From Balanoglossus misakiensis (taxonomy: Eukaryota; Animalia; Hemichordata): a stretch of DNA of 64,000 nucleotides. The stretch covers positions 186,001-250,000 of the forward strand of contig CM082597.2 in assembly GCA_040954595.2 (NCBI GenBank). The letters run 5' to 3'. Each line of letters begins with the position of its first letter. Within the stretch, counting starts at the first letter, position 1. Below the pieces are notes generated by a model that was not told where the DNA came from, did no database searches, and saw only the letters and a list, made by a program, of their open reading frames with translations. A program made the position numbers and the translations under genes. Below, piece by piece: positions 1 through 12,831 of the stretch.

Positions 1-112
1 CATCTCTTACTCAAATACGTACACGAACAACTTATATTGATGCATGTTTTCTATTCAAAGCGTCATTCTTGCAATGCAATTAAGAATAATCCACCCCCTA
101 TGTCTTCTTCAG

Positions 113-1600
113 TGTTACCTCGCATCGTGGTGACAGTCATACCACCCAACTTGCAGATATTCGAAGACAAAGGTGGGACATTTGAATGTTCAGCTACTGG
201 AGACCCACCAGTGACGTCATACTACTGGCAGTACCAAAACCAACGTGTCAACAATACAGACAGACGGTTCCGTATTGATCAGAATGACCATTCACTTACA
301 ATAGTTAGCGGGGAGAAGAATATGGATGGCGCTGAACTGAAATGTGTTGCTCAAAATAAAATAGACAGTCGATATGCCTTAGGAACAATAACTATTGTCG
401 GTAGGTACTTAGTAGATTGATTCCTAGTCGCTGAAATTCCTTGTGATTGGCCAGTGGCAAATATTGTCCATTCTGGAGATGTCGTTTTACCCGTGCGACT
501 CGATTTACATTATCAATCAAAATTTTCATGGAATCATTATTACATGAAACGAAACAATATATAAACAATAAATTCTAAGAAAACTTTTAAGTTTTATTTG
601 TGCATCTTAGTCATGATCTGTTTCATTTTTTTCATTGTAGCTGCTCCGGTGGATGAAGGGTTTAGTCTTACGTTCATCGCAGCCATTGGAGTTCTGGTTT
701 TGTTGATTGTGATTATTGTGTGCTGTGTCATACCCATCACAGCCTATTGTTGTTACAGGAGACATCTCAAGGAAAAACAAAGTGAGTAACTTTCACCTTT
801 TAGAATTGAAGACATTCCAGAGATGCAGTTTATGATACTTTCATGGCCGTGTTATTGGTTTAGTATAAATAGCATCAGAAAACATCAGTATCTCTAAATT
901 ACCTGCCTTTGAACCTGAAAATAGCTGTAGTATAATTTAGAGCTGAATGTTTATGACGTGTTTTTATATTACAGGGAAGAAAGTATTGAGACAAACGCAG
1001 GTAACGGTGATTAATGACAAGGAGGGCGCTGGTAATCCTTCGATTGGCGTGAACTACTATGTTCAAAACGAAGATGTCCACTACAAGTCACACGGAAAAC
1101 GATCAAGATCACGATCTCGTCGTCGAAGACACAAGTCACGTGTGATTAAACACAATGTCGTGAGTCCAAATGGTGATATTGGACATAAAGGTGGCCATGG
1201 TAACGATATTAGCCATAAAGAGAGGCGTACAAGTGATGGTTACGAGCAACCAGTCAGTATCAAGAAAAGGAAAGATTCCCCTCCTGGTGAAAAACGGTCT
1301 CGTTCTGAATCACCCACGAGAAATGGCGCTGAAAAGGAAAACGGACCGACGAGATCCCAAAGCGAGAACAGAAGACCAAGACGACCGGATCGTGTATCGC
1401 TGTCACCTGGTGAATACTTCAAAAGAGCTGAGTTGGAAAGTCAGCGGTTTGAAATGGAAGCTTTGGAACGATCCATGACTGTTCCTAAAGAAAGACTGTC
1501 TCCTCGACGAAAGCATCGCAAGAAGCGGTCACGTGACTCTAAACGGAAACGAGACCGATCACCCGTTAATGAGAACGAGACTGAGGAAAGGACAAATTAA
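113..1600 (+). CDS. Gene 1 (5'-truncated): IgSF single-pass receptor; last Ig domain, transmembrane exon and Arg/Ser-rich cytoplasmic tail; paralogue of genes 2 and 3
   Basis: Exons 113-400 (Ig: FECSATGDPP..YYWQY..LKCVAQN; 288 nt, same length as homologous gene 2 exon 8949-9236), 641-781 (TM: FIAAIGVLVLLIVIIVCCVIPITAYCCYRR) and 975-1600 (tail, TAA). AG/GT boundaries, all phase 1, frame continuous. Confidence 0.88.
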
Positions 1601-2097
1601 GAATAGACACTCTCAGTTGAAAGGTTTTTTCTACGCAGTTCAGTCACGGTCACTCACTGTGGAGTGACCGATGTTCAGTAAAACAGTGACACTTCATTGA
1701 AAAACACATCTCTCACACAGAATACGTTATAATAACATTAATTTTAACTCGTTGAAAATTGGTAGGACTGATCGTATGCAACATTCATTTTATGCACTTT
1801 TAGTAAATATTGTATAAAGATGCAATGCAACAGACGTGACATCAATCAACTCAACTCAACTCTCGGAGCCAATCTCGGAGTCTACCAAACTCTCGGAGCC
1901 AACAATAAATGGTCGCCGTAGAACGTCTTAAAATATCTCAAGTGCCAAATACTTATTTATTAGGCTTTAATTCAAAACACGTGTAAAAAATCATGAACAT
2001 CTCTCACATCCTACGTTAATGATTTAATTAGGTGTTGTTAGATTTTAGTTATATTTTTATTGAAACCAGTTTGAAATATTTGTGATAAGTATTCTGT

Positions 2098-2103
2098 AAT
2101 AAA
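2098..2103 (+). terminator. Candidate polyadenylation signal of gene 1 (AATAAA; another at 1904-1909)
   Basis: AATAAA downstream of the stop, followed by T/GT-rich sequence (attttgtgtgatttatgt). Confidence 0.4.
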
Positions 2104-2770
2104 TATAAATATATTTTGTGTGATTTATGTAAATAGTTTTGGATTCCGAAATCAAATTTAATTTGCAATTTTATATTCATCAGTTCACTATTGATATTAT
2201 GTTGACAAAAATACAAGATATACTTTTACACCTATTTTTATACGAAGATAGTCGCTTTTGATCCAGATCTTGTGCCTTTACGCTTCGATTATTTCATGTT
2301 CATTTTAAAGACAATAAATCCACCAATATTCTTAACGATATCTGTGTTGACTGATGACTTAAATCCTGTCAATCAAGCAACAAAAGTGTATATTGCGCCA
2401 AAATCCAAAACAAGAAACCACACTGTACGCTCCCGATCAACTATACACATGTACATTATTTGAACACAGTCTTTCCCACATTGCGTTGTCGCATGTGTCA
2501 TCGTCTTTGAGACCTTTTACATAAACTCTTATACAACAAGATCAAAACCAATATCAGCAATCGCTCATAAGCTTTTTCGATCGGTCAGCTTTACACATAA
2601 CTAAATTCAGGGTGGGTCCTTATTTTAAACTTGCGAATAAAACAAAAGAATATTTGAGGTTGGCTTGTTTCCACTATAGTTATGCTGGGTGTGTCGTTGA
2701 AGTCAGACAATGTACTGTACATTGACTCACGCACAAAACCTTTAAACCAAGTCGATAAACAAAAACAAAT

Positions 2771-2860
2771 GTTTCCTTGACAACACCGTCTAGACGTATT
2801 TTGATTGGTTGCTATTGCGCATGCGTGGGTGTGGCTGTGAGGTCACCCTTTTAAAGTTTC
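2771..2860 (+). promoter_or_regulatory. Putative promoter of gene 2: RFX X-box-like, inverted CCAAT, NRF1-like and KLF/Sp-like motifs
   Basis: GTTTCCTTGACAAC 2771-2784, GATTGGTT ~2803-2810, TGCGCATGCGT 2816-2826, GGGTGTGGC ~2827-2835. A candidate non-coding first exon follows, ending at CAG|GTACGT (donor 3099). Confidence 0.45.
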
Positions 2861-4903
2861 AAACGTCTTCGCTTTCAAATGAGGTAGTTAACATAGCATA
2901 GTTGTGCAGTGGTAAACCTCTTCTACGCACTCATGTATAGAAGATCTATTTCTTCTCTAATACCATCGTATCTGGGCATTTATAAATGCTGGATAGCCTA
3001 GGAAAGTTGAGAAATTCGAGCTCGGATACTGTGTGACAGAAGAAGGGAAAGTGATTTGAAGGAAGACTACATAGCAAATAATCTGATTGTGTTCTCAGGT
3101 ACGTTTACGTTTAAATGATTACCGTTATCAAGTCAGAACTGTTCAGATATCTGTATCCACGTTTTGTATTTTCTTTTCTGTGATTGGAGATTGTACAAGT
3201 CCTCCCACAATTCAGCATGATCGTAAACGGAAAGGGACAATAACACGGACAATAGTAACTGTAAAAGCATGGCTGACTAGGGGCTTATAAATTATCCATT
3301 TGTCATCATGTCACGGTTATCATGGTGGCGTCACCGTGTAATGTAGATATATTCCTCGCTTTCCTGTTTAAATGCAGCTGCCTTCATCTCTCTATAGACT
3401 TTCACTTATTTATTTTCACCTTGACTATTCTCGAACCAAGAAATAGCTCAAGTTATCATTCAATCGATAATTCTATTCACCACTGGCAGCGGAAATTGCT
3501 TAATTTTCCTCACAAGCTGCCTAGATTGAAATTAGTGTTTTGATGAGCAATTATCAATATTAAATTTTGCTAAATATATCCTTTAAACGAACCCTGTGGT
3601 AAAAATCATGAGAGTTTGTACAGAATTGCGATGTGGTTCTTAAGTGCAGACTTCATTAATATGATAAATTCGAGTCATAATACTGGGTATTTGGACGCTT
3701 TTCTGAATTAGGCATTTTATATATATTTTATGATTAGTATTGACAAATAGTATTTAATGTAAGAAGAAACAATCTAATTCAATTCTGTGCCATGCAGGCA
3801 TGCAACACACATGATGTGTGGACCTCATGCTGTAGACTCTTTTGTTGACCAGTGTAATGAGGGCCTTGCCAAGCAGGTACATTGTTTGAAAACAAAAGGC
3901 CATGTCTGCTGAAAAGACAAATTCCATTCGCCGAGGTATGGTGATAGCATAAACACACCAGAAGGATATCTCTCGCGATCGCTGATCGACACCCGATTTG
4001 CCTCTGAATTTAACACAGCTTGTCAAAAGAACTCGTAAACACAGCGTTGTTATGGTAACAGATTTTTATCTTTGCCTGACGGTGACGTGATAGTACGTTA
4101 AGCTGAATCTAGACATTCTGGGCTTCAACATGGCCGTTACAGGTCAATTGAATAGCATTGTGTTTTCTTACAATCGTCACTAGCCATGAGACGGGTCCCC
4201 AAAATAAAACACAGACCACGCATAGAGACCCCCCGACCCCGCCATGAAGGATCATGCTTAGAATTTCCACATGCGGGTGGTAATTAAATCCGATGTACAC
4301 ATGTGTGATATGTGTTATACAATAAATCGGCTTCAGAAAGCGAACTGATGTAGAAAGATTCAGGATTTTCGAGTCATGCTTTATCGAAATTTTAAATCAA
4401 ACGAAAAGTGTGCATGTGCACATTTCGTCAGAGTTTGTAGATAATAGAATATATTTTACACGTAAATAACAGCCAGGGTTGTTGGAACCAAGCCAAGCCA
4501 AGTTACATTATCGGTCAGGTAACATTAACCAACATTCTGATCAACATCGACTTGTCGTGAAAACATAGACCGTTTTAGAACACAGGTGAACTGGTATTAG
4601 ATCATAAGGTGTATGGAGGGATTGTGGAATAGTAAAAGCTCTTTATTTTTGGTGAAAACTTTTGTTTTGGCAATCTTAATCGAGTGATTATATCATCAAT
4701 GTTAAATCAAGATATATTAAACGGTGATCGATGACCATTGTAATAATTGGTCATAAAATGAATATCGATTTATTTGATTTTTTAAAGATGTGAATTAAAA
4801 TTGATCAGGCACGTTTATTCATCAAATAATAAGTCACTTGAAGTAAAATTAATGAAGTCCACGTTTCTTGACAGGTTTCAACTCTAGCGGAGATCCGTTT
4901 ACA

Positions 4904-7754
4904 ATGACGTCGTCTTGGAAGAATTACATTTGGATATTGTTGACGATATACTGTTTTCTGGCTTTAAAAGGTAAGTTTTGATCTGGATTAATCCAAGTTT
5001 AAACTGAAGGCAATTGACGGTTATTAAATTTGGAATAAAGTCTTGTTTATTAATACATGTATGTGAACAGACTTGAGGGTTAAGTCGAATTTCAAACACA
5101 GGTGAAAGTAAACACATCGCTTTCTTTTCAATGGAATGATTACTTAGCTGATTACGTCAACCAACTACAGGCTAACTAAACATTGATCTGCGAATAACGG
5201 TTCTCTGAAACATATCGTTGGCGATTTTTTACATTAAATCTGAAATTGAGTCTATTGATGCTGACTTCTAATATCAAGCCATACAAAACAGAGAGGCAGA
5301 TTATTCTCAAGTGGACTTTCAAAACTTGTAAATCGACACATTTAGAGAAATGGCACTGGAAGTCAAAATAAATCACTATAATACAAATTCCTTTGAAAAA
5401 GGCCTTCGTCGATTGCTTTTTCTAGCCCAGTAGAGTTGAGACGAGAACACACGACAAACTCACTTTATTTGTTCAGGTCAAGGGTCAAGTAGGCTTAGCG
5501 ACTGATGAACTATAACATTCCTTGCTTTGTGCGATTGGTCACTTTCTCGCATGCTTTATTGCTGTTTAAATAGAGGTGTAAACCGAAATCGCTTTGTCAA
5601 TTTTAACGAACGTCGAGGAGATATTATCAGTTGGAGACAGCGTTCTGTCTTACACCATGAATCATCGAGCAAAGTTCGCAACCATCTGGCGTTTCTATGG
5701 TGACGAGCCCAAAGGTGGTTTCATGTAAATGGACTCATAAATTTTCAAACGTTGCTGAACGCAAATTGGTCGATTGATCATTTCACCCATGCTTTGGGAT
5801 ATTAATCTAATTATGGAAGTTTAACAGCGATAGAACACTGCCATTTAATTATCTTTTACTGAAACACAATCAAACAATATATGAATATGATTTCATATCA
5901 GTACATATTTAAGATCACAATCACAAGGCTCCAAAATTAATTTCCTGTCAGGGTATTACGGTAAACTTATTAATCATGATGTACACGTTCTCATATTAAC
6001 GTCGCAGTTGATTTGAATATTTCGTTGTTTTATTGAAAGAGTAGAATATTTAGAGAATATCGCGAAAACCGAAGATAAATTTGTCGTTACAGTACAGAGC
6101 CCTTATTCTAAATTTGAGTAATTGTTGCAAATGACCTAAAATTCAAACAAATGAAAGTGAAAGATGTGTTAAAAGCGTGTTACATAAGCCACTATGGGGT
6201 TGAAAACTGTTATATAACGTCTTTGTTCTCCCTGAAGTACTGTCTACAGGTCTGCGAAAGTTATGGTGACTTATTTTCTGTTAGAGCGTAATAAAAGTCA
6301 TTGACCTATGGAATATCACATTTACTTTTTCACCACAGTTCAAGCACAACAAACATTTGACATCAGACCTTCAGACACAACTACATTCGTTGGAGGAACA
6401 ACGACAATGCAGTGCGCCTCAAGCGACAAGACTGGCGTACTGATGTGGATTAGGAATGGACGAATGGTCAGTCAAGACACAGTGGTCACTCTGAGCCCAG
6501 ACAGGTGAGAAACTATCGTCATTTGCACGTCAGCTTTCTTAAAACTCTGGTAACTTCAACTTTTAAGTTACTTTGAGTTACTGGGGCTGCATTCAGTTTT
6601 TCTTTGGTGTGACACACAGTGGTAGAAACATCAAAACTTCAAAATGGATGGACTTACAATTATATTGACAGAATATTTGCTACAACTATCTTGACTGACT
6701 ATATTAAATCTGTCCTTCAATTTCAGATATTCTATCACAGGTGACCAGTCTATCGGCGAGTATTTCTTGACCATTACAGATGTAGAAGTTGGTGACGCTG
6801 GGAACTTTTTCTGCATTCTTGGACAAGGAGGAGGAAATCCAGCAACTGCATCGCCAGCTGCACTTCTTACAGTTGAATTGAGTAAGTCAATTTGGATCAT
6901 GATCTGAGAAGTCAACCCGCAATCAATTAAAACTGGCAGATTACTTAAACCACAGTGTAACTGAAATAACTTTATATTTTTCACTACTACAGCGCCGCCA
7001 ACACAACAAACATTTCGCACTGAACCAAGTGACACCACTTCAACTGAAGGTGATACGATTACAATGGAGTGTGCTGTAGATGATAAAGCCGGTGATTTGT
7101 CTTGGTTGAAAAATGGAGTTGGTCAGATTAGCAGTGAAACTAGTATCAATGATCCATCGCTGGCAAGCCGGTATGTTTAATCTGCTCATTCTATAAAGGT
7201 ATTCATCTATTTTATACGAAATATAACAAATGCAAATTGCCCAGAATTCCTCACTTCCCCATTGATTTTTTAACAGATATTCTATTGTTGGAGATCAGAG
7301 TGGCGGTGTTTACAACTTACAGATTACATCAGTAGAAAGTGGCGACGCTGGTTTCTATACTTGTTTTGTTGGTGCGCAGGGAGGTGTTACTGCGATTTCA
7401 TCCGTGGAAGCACAACTTACTGTCTCGTCAGGTAATATTACAATCACAGTCTGTCTTGCTTAGCATGCACACGTTTATGTTTTTGTTATTTTTACACTGT
7501 TACTGCCATTGTCTGGTAACCCTTGTAACACACCATATTTAACTTTTGATACTTCAGTAACCACACAGTTGCCTACTACTACCCCTGCAATTACCACTGC
7601 ATCTGCTTCTACTATTGCTGCAACTGCTATTGCCACTTCCCTTGCTGCAACCACTCCTGCTAGAATAACTGCAACCACTGCCGCTGCCATCAAAACAACA
7701 GCTGCCCTAACTAAACCCTTGACAGCAAACCAAGGTAAGATGTAGTAATGCAGC

Positions 7755-7792
<38 letters not shown>

Positions 7793-10753
7793 GCATTAAG
7801 TAATTGCTGCTCTGCAAAAACAATATCACATGCATTTCAGAATGTCTCATTTTGTAGCTTCAAACATTAACAGTAGAAGACACTTCGTTGAGTTGAGTTG
7901 AGTTTAAGTGAACACGTGATTATGACCATTTGCATACTTGTCTGTTTTCTTTAAAAGTTGTCACAACGAGATCAACAACACAACAAATAACAACATCGCA
8001 ATCAACAGCAAAGGCAAAACCAGCAACCACCAAACATGAAGCAACGACGGGCCAACTAGAGGTCACATTTCCACGAACAACAAATGAAGACGTTGGCATA
8101 GCAACAACGACTAATGCACAGGAAACAACTCAAGATGGTAAGAAATGACGTCAGAGTCAGGCCAATAAAGGCGAACTACGAAATGGGATGCAATAGTGTT
8201 GTGTAGTTTCACATGAATGTTGATAAATGATGGTTAATAAATGTGCCATAATTTTTGTCAAAACATTACGATGGCCAAGATGAATTTGATAAGATGCCAA
8301 CACTCTAAATAGGAAATTGGTTCAAATGTTCAAAACATCTTTATCTTGTACTTCACTCGTTCATAGGTTATTTTTTGGTACAAATACAATGAACATGTAC
8401 ACGTTGTCACCTCACACTTGGCTTAGTTGGTTAGAATAATGAGCACGTTGTTCGCCGTGTGTTGTTCACTTAGGGTTGGAAGCACCACGAGATCCACTTT
8501 GTGAAATGTCCAGTCAGACATTGCGGTTGGGTGATTCTGTAGTTTTGTCGTGTGTGTCAAGAGGTGGCAATCCGGTGGCAGACCTCCAGTTGAGTAGAGA
8601 TGACGTTAGTGTAGAACCATCATACAGCATCACTGACGGAGGACGACGAATTCACCTCAGCTTGGTTCTGAGTGAAGACCTCCAGGGGGCACTGTACAAG
8701 TGCACTGCCACTCACCCAGCATATCAACAAGCAAAGTCTTGTCTTTTTCCACCACTCGATATTCAAAGTAAGAAATGCAATGGAGCTTGTGGACGTTTAT
8801 AAATAAAAGTAAATAAAGTAAAACTAATATAATAAGCATAGCCATAACCACTATCGTAAAAATATCTAACACTGGTAACAGCACAAATTAGCGGGCATTA
8901 TATCTTAAAAGTGACTGTCTTCCATTGTCTATTCTTGCTTCTTCACAGTGAATCAGTTGACGGTGAAAATTAACCCCGAGACATTATTTGTGACTGCTGA
9001 AGAGGAGGGCAGCTTTGAGTGTGAAGCTTCAAGTGACTTTCCTATTGAAAAATATCTTTGGTATTTCAATGATGAAGCAATTGATCCTACTGATGACGAC
9101 AGATTCGAACTTAATGACGACGAAAACATCTTGCATTTGCCAAACATCACCAAAGCGATGGACGAATCAGAGATTAGGTGTACGGTGACTGCTTCTAACT
9201 TCACCGAATCGGCGACTGCAACTATACGGATAAGTGGTAAGGATTCTACCTTGATTATCACGGACGATATGGCAAAAAAATTATCACTGTTGCATTCTAC
9301 GATGACAATTTTGTCACGACTAATTTATCCCCATTTTCATTTTCAACAGAAGAGACTTCTGGATGGTCTCCTTTATCAATGGTTATCGTCATCGCCATAA
9401 TAATCGTGGTATTACTGGTTGTTATCGTTTCCTTGGTTTTATTTTACTGTCTTTGGTGGAAGAAGAGACAAGAAAAGGATCCACAACGTAAGTTTTGTGT
9501 GTGTTTGTTATGACGTCATCATTTCCCACTGCAAATCCCCATCATAGTAACAATTACGGGTCAGACACCTCAGGGCATGTCTAACTGAGTGGTGTACATA
9601 TGCTCATAATTATTTGCAAACTATTTTTTCTGCAGCTGATGAACCAATCATTCAAGAGGATAGAGCTGAGGTGGCACAAAGTCCAGTCGGGGGTGGCAAC
9701 ATTGATATGGCACCAGTGCAGAATGATACGTATTACCTACAGCAAGAGATTCCATACGGAAAGGGCCACTTGCTACCACCAGTTAGGAGTCACACCCCTG
9801 TTGGAGCAAGGCCGGTAACTGCTGATATAAATCAGCGAAGGGATCAACCTGTACTTTCAAGTTCAAAACCACCACGGAAGCGAAAACATAAAAAGAAGAA
9901 GCGACACAACATTATCGGTCCTCAAGAATTACAAGAAGTTAAAACCCGCAGATATGGCGACAAACCACGAGTGTTGGATCATTTTGTTGTTGACAGCGTT
10001 GAGGATGTTAGAGACAACCGACGAGAAGAGAAGGAACAATCTGGCAGTGAGGGTGGTACAGAACAAACACGCCACCAGGAAGAACCAAACAAAACTGATT
10101 ATGCTAACGTGACGCCAGCTCCAGTGCCAATACCGTCCAAATCACCAGACAGAAGTCGACGAGACTTCGACCAAAACCCGGACGAAGATGGGGAACGTCC
10201 GCGATCACCGACCCCAGAGAGCTATCGGCCACGAAAGTCTTCTGAACGTAACCATCATCGACGTCGATCAGTTGACGATGAGTTGATCGATAATCGCGAA
10301 AAATCGTCCTCAGAACATCGGCGACATCGAACCTCTTCGGAACGTCGCCACAGAGATTCCTCAGAACGTCGCCACCGCCGTCGTCATCGGTCACGTGATG
10401 ATTCCGGGGTTAGCGAAAGACGAGAACGTCGTCATCAAAGACCCAAATCTAGTCGCCATAGAGACAGACTGTCTGCAAGTGAGCCATCTCGTCCTGACTA
10501 CAGTGAAGAGAGCGACTTCGGACTAACGAATCCAAAACACTTACCACCGATTAACAATAGTTTGGAGAAACATCAACTAGAAATGCGACTGAGAAAGACA
10601 GACGAATCTGACGTGCCTACCACAGAGTTTGATGACGACAGAGAAGATAGGAAATCACGCAGGCGCCATAGAGACCGTCGAGAGAAATCACGTGACAAAC
10701 ACAGCAGACGCAGTCATTCTCGTGATCATGAAAGATCTCCGAGAGTCGAATAG
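4904..10753 (+). CDS. Gene 2: nephrin/Kirrel-like IgSF type I membrane protein, about 971 aa: signal peptide - V - V - Thr-rich mucin stalk - C2-set - Ig - TM - long Arg/Asp/Glu/Ser-rich tail
   Basis: Exons 4904-4970 (MTSSWKNYIWILLTIYCFLALK signal), 6339-6504+6727-6881 (V1), 6993-7170+7277-7431 (V2), 7558-7734 and 7958-8137 (Thr/Ala-rich), 8474-8767 (LSCVSRGGNPVADL C2), 8949-9236 (Ig), 9350-9487 (TM), 9636-10753. Sum 2916 nt = 972 codons with consistent phases. The RYSIxGDxxxGxYxLxI V motif followed by a GGNP C2 domain resembles nephrin/Kirrel D1-D2. Confidence 0.88.
7754..7792 (+). repeat. (CAA)n microsatellite, intronic
   Basis: About 13 CAA units between the two mucin exons. Confidence 0.95.
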
Positions 10754-12107
10754 TCATCGATCTTGTGAATTTCCTCATCAGTGTAAGAAACCAAAGAGTG
10801 ATAATTCGTCGCACATGTGAGCAGCGTTGAACATGAAATTTTAATTTTAGGGCTTACAGTCCAAGATGTGAAGATGCTCAATATACGCAACATGCACATG
10901 ACAAACTCCTTCTCTTATAGAAATTACTTCGTCCATTTCACACACTGGATGTTTGCATTGTGAAAGCGTTTAGAAAATGAAGACGAAAGATGTTTGGGAT
11001 GAATGTAGTCATTCCGTTGATATAAACTTAAAATAAGCTATAACTATTACTTTTGTGTAAATATCTTCATTTCCGTTGTTAGCAACCGTCTTAAAAGTAA
11101 CTTCTTTTATTTCTCGAGGATTTTGTGTACATATTGTAAATATTCACACTATGATACATACATGTATATGTGTTTTTTGTTTATGTTGTAAAATGAGGAA
11201 ACTGGTTGCCATCGTTACACGACTTTTCTGACCATTTATAACCAATGTTGGACAAATCATCAGGTCATAGGTCACTGAGGAAATTCCTAATGGCTGATGG
11301 CACCATAATGTACACATTGAAAGTTATTTTTTAATTTAATATATTATAATTTACAAAAACACCAATCAACTTTACTTCAATATATCCACTCATTTAACTT
11401 TTCATGATTATTTTCTATAAAATTAAATCGATCAATGTTTTAAATTCAATCTTCTGTTTAACTAAATCAAACCTGAAAATCACATGAAAATAAAATACCA
11501 TTGTGGTAATGTTACCACGGTAACAATTATGACTGGTCTAAAATAGCAAATTTTTATACACCTATACCAAAATCTTTGAAGCACAGTACTGATCTCAATG
11601 TACAATATATGTAGAATATAGTGGGCAAATAATTAGTAAAAAATTAATAAATATGATCTTAACTAAATTTACGGTATCAGTGTCTCATTATTTGTATGGC
11701 ATGTCTGAAGTACGTAGTTGTTTACTATGGACATTCTATTCCAGCCAAGAAGTACCACAGACAGTCGAGACAGTATCCCGTTCCTGCTGTCTGTGGTTCT
11801 AGCAGATACCTACTGTCAACACTGAACTCAAACGCTCATTATTTCACTGTCTGCCATAAACGTCATAGTCCTGTAATCTTCTGATCGTTCCGACGAGAAC
11901 AATTCGCATAACGCTAAATAGATCAACGGAAACTGGCTACAGAACATTGGACTCGACACCGCTGCTTTTAGAGTGACTACATAACAGTTTGCAACCACAA
12001 AAGACGACAGCTTGATAAACAATGTACGCTTTCTCTCGTTTAAAGTACAATGGCCACCCATTCTACTTGACCGCTTTCGGTATCGATTTTAAAGATAATA
12101 CCAAGAC

Positions 12108-12260
12108 GTTGTTGATGGCAACCATCAACAAACTGTATCAGTGAAGATAACGCTTCTTCTAATTGGTTGAATGTGCAGATCTACGGACTTGTAATCAACA
12201 ATTGGCCAATCACAAATAGGTATGGTGAAGAAATGTCAGGTGTACAAACGCATGCGTGTT
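12108..12260 (+). promoter_or_regulatory. Putative promoter of gene 3: X-box half-site, CCAAT boxes, NRF1-like palindrome
   Basis: GTTGTTGATGGCAAC ~12108-12122, AATTGGTT 12161, ATTGGCCAATC 12201-12211, ACGCATGCGT 12248-12257. A candidate non-coding exon ends at AAG|GTATGT (donor 12502). Full X-box GTTACCACGGTAAC further upstream at 11511-11524. Confidence 0.4.
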
Positions 12261-12831
12261 AAGTTTCCAAAACGTCATACCTGCCAAACAGTATCTCACC
12301 TAATGGACGGCCATTAAGCAGTATAGGTCGTACATCATTTTTAATAGGTTAGGAGTAGCGGTAGTTAAATGGGTTACTCAAACTGATGAAGAAACTGATT
12401 TGATCATCATCGATGATAGTTCGCATCTAACCAAAATGAAAGCTACTGGTCTTTTATAAACCAATATTTCATTGTTTACATGTTGACCTTCGGGACACAA
12501 GGTATGTAAATGAACTCCCGTCTCCTCTTCAGTACACAAATCAAATTTGATTTTTCCTGAAACCTGTTGTTTCTTTGGCTCATCTTAAGAATTTGTTGAC
12601 GTTCTATTGTAGAAATGATGAAGAGACAATATTTTAACTACAACTGTGTCGATTGTAAAACGAGTCAACAGTATCGTACAAATCCAAACAAAATCACAAT
12701 GAAACGATTTCATTTGCCCTGTTATGACAACATCATTTCTATTTATATGTACAATTTAAATGTGTAATTTAAAATTCGTTGAATACGAAAAAGATCATTT
12801 CACCAAAACCTCCATCAATTTCAGGTTTGAA

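Noticed and set aside
6151-6249. Alternative first coding exon for gene 2
   Set aside because: No hydrophobic signal peptide and the wrong phase for exon 6339; exon 4904-4970 fits both criteria.
7475-7792. Minus-strand poly-Leu/Ala/Val ORF resembling a membrane protein
   Set aside because: Antisense of the (CAA)n repeat and the Thr/Ala mucin exon of gene 2.
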